This document shows positions 41,326 through 42,901 of a stretch of DNA of 42,901 nt, piece after piece. Every line of letters begins with the position of its first letter. Within the stretch, counting starts at the first letter, position 1. Below the pieces are notes generated by a model that saw only the letters and a list, made by a program, of their open reading frames with translations, was not told where the DNA came from and made no database searches. The translations under genes and the position numbers were made by a program. The stretch is from an uncultured Fidelibacterota bacterium. GTDB lineage: Bacteria > Fidelibacterota > Marinisomatia > Marinisomatales > UBA1611. The stretch is taken from the NCBI GenBank assembly GCA_913040915.1, contig CAJWHW010000016.1:1-42901 (forward strand), written 5' to 3'.

Positions 41326-42090
41326 TCACTCTTCCTCAGAAGCTGATTCATCATCTGAGTCCTCTTCAACGTCTTTGGACTCTTCTTCAGTTAATGCTTC
41401 TTCCGCTTCATCGGAAGACTCTTCAGATTCATCGCTTTCTTCGGTCTCTTCCGCTGGAGCCTCTTCAGTTTCAGCTTCCTCAGTGGATTCGTCTGAAGCT
41501 TCTTCTGCAGGTGCACCTTCTTCGGTAGCTTCCTCAGCAGGTTCGTCATCCGATTCCTCTTCGGGAGTACCTTCTACTGATTCCTCTGCAGGAGCTTCAT
41601 CTGTGGATTCTTCAGGTGCTGATTCTTCGATCGGTGCTTCTTCTGCCGATTCTTCGGCAGGAGCTTCCTCTACGGTTTCTTCTACAGCTTCTTCCACATC
41701 TTCAGCAACTGCAGCTGCTTTTTCTTCAGCTTTCTTTTCAGCCCGTACTGCACGTGCTTGTTGAACCTCTTCGCGGTTCATTTCCCATTTTTTCATCTCT
41801 TTTTCGATTTGGGCTTCGTCCAAACCTTGTTTCATGAGATGCCATTGATGGGCAATCCCTGCACGGCGTAATAATTTGTGTGCTGCTTCGGTGGGTTGTG
41901 CACCTTCACCGAGCCAGTGAATCACACGGTCGCCTTTTAAGTCATAATAATAGTCTGCATCAATCGGATTGTACCAACCCAATTCTTCAATTGCAGCCCC
42001 ATCACGGCGATTCCGTGAATCCATGACAACCATTCGGTAAAATGGTCTGTTTCGACGCCCAATTCGTTTCAGTCTTATTTTCGTCGCCAA
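41326..42090 (-). CDS. rpsP: 30S ribosomal protein S16 with long acidic C-terminal extension (TTG start)
   Basis: KIRLKRIGRRNRPFYR, RRDG, LGWYNP, GAQPT; AAGGAG RBS; E/A/S/D-rich tail. Confidence 0.96.
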   Translation of the reverse strand: MATKIRLKRIGRRNRPFYRMVVMDSRNRRDGAAIEELGWYNPIDADYYYDLKGDRVIHWLGEGAQPTEAAHKLLRRAGIAHQWHLMKQGLDEAQIEKEMKKWEMNREEVQQARAVRAEKKAEEKAAAVAEDVEEAVEETVEEAPAEESAEEAPIEESAPEESTDEAPAEESVEGTPEEESDDEPAEEATEEGAPAEEASDESTEEAETEEAPAEETEESDESEESSDEAEEALTEEESKDVEEDSDDESASEEE

Positions 42091-42105
42091 CTTGTATCTC
42101 CTTAA

Positions 42106-42901
42106 TTAAAATCTTCCAAAACTGCCCATTCCGGGAAGTTTCATATTTTTCATTTTGCCCATTTTTTTCATCATTTTCTTCATTTGAGAAAATTGAGTTA
42201 ACAGAGCATTTATTTCCTGAACCGGTCTACCACTTCCTTTGGAGATGCGCAATCTTCGACTGCCATTAATAATCTCCGGGCGATGGCGTTCTTCCGGTGT
42301 CATAGAATTGATAATCGCTTCGGTCCAACCAACTTGACGATCATCCATGTTCAAATTTTTTAAAGCTTTCGAGTTCATACCAGGCATCATTCCGAGCAAC
42401 TGGTTCATAGAACCCATTTTTTTCATTTGTTGCAATTGAGATTTGAAATCATCAAAGTTAAAGGTGTTTTTCGCTAACTTTTTTTGGAATATTTCCGCTT
42501 CCTCTTCGTCGAACACATCCTGGGCTTTTTCAACGATTGAAACCACATCACCAAATCCAAGAATCCGATCTGCGATTCGTTTCGGATCAAACACATCCAG
42601 TCCATCCAACTTTTCAGAAGTTCCAATGAATTTGATTGGTTTACCCGTTACTTCCCGAACAGAAACTGCAGCACCGCCTCTTGCGTCACCATCCATTTTT
42701 GTCAGGATAACACCTGTCAGGTGAAGTGCTTCGTGAAACGCTTTTGCGGAATTCACTGCGTCTTGGCCTGTCATGCCATCAGCCACAAACAAGATTTCAT
42801 CCGGTGTGGCAAATTCAGCGATTTGCTGAATCTCAGTCATCATTTCTCCATCCACATGAAGACGTCCTGCTGTGTCCAGAATTACAACATCATTTTTCAA
42901 A
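42106..42901 (-). CDS. ffh: Signal recognition particle protein Ffh (5' end outside window)
   Basis: DTAGR, TGQDA, TKMDGDARGG, RILG.GD, M domain SMT..ER, SRRLRI..GSG. Confidence 0.98.
   Translation of the reverse strand, partial: LKNDVVILDTAGRLHVDGEMMTEIQQIAEFATPDEILFVADGMTGQDAVNSAKAFHEALHLTGVILTKMDGDARGGAAVSVREVTGKPIKFIGTSEKLDGLDVFDPKRIADRILGFGDVVSIVEKAQDVFDEEEAEIFQKKLAKNTFNFDDFKSQLQQMKKMGSMNQLLGMMPGMNSKALKNLNMDDRQVGWTEAIINSMTPEERHRPEIINGSRRLRISKGSGRPVQEINALLTQFSQMKKMMKKMGKMKNMKLPGMGSFGRF

Noticed and set aside
41375..41764. 129-aa Ser/Ala-rich plus-strand ORF
   Set aside because: Antisense shadow of the Glu-rich S16 tail
1397..42724. Many 60-136 aa ORFs nested in or antisense to conserved genes
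   Set aside because: No recognisable motifs; expected shadows of real genes

Overview
AT-rich bacterial chromosomal segment made almost entirely of housekeeping genes on the minus strand. It is probably an FCB-group organism such as Marinisomatota/SAR406; this is inferred from the FCB-type RpoZ, the acidic-tailed S16, the bat genes and a PorV-like gene. In transcription order (right to left) the blocks are: ffh(partial)-rpsP-khpA-rimM-trmD-rplS; a decayed MFS-like remnant; selA-selB-mutS-PorV-like gene; yicC-gmk-rpoZ-UDG-dnaB-rel-HU/IHF-ruvX-lnt-hypothetical-EcfT-like-truA-HtrA-psd-pssA-small membrane protein-tatA; batABCDE-SPOR; yebC-ruvC-ruvA-gcvT; a lone plus-strand lipoprotein sulfatase; yaaA; ftsK-lolA-like-flippase-like-gmhB-ddl-cysS; and tRNA Thr-Tyr-Gly-Thr-tuf(partial). 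I found no mobile element, CRISPR array, rRNA gene or defence island, and no strong evidence for a wholly new multi-gene system. The best leads are a UGA-UAA/AUG selA-selB junction followed by a SECIS-like hairpin, an orphan degenerate EcfT, a frameshifted and internally deleted MFS relic, two GC-richer patches, and a PorV-like protein with a D/G-rich insertion.
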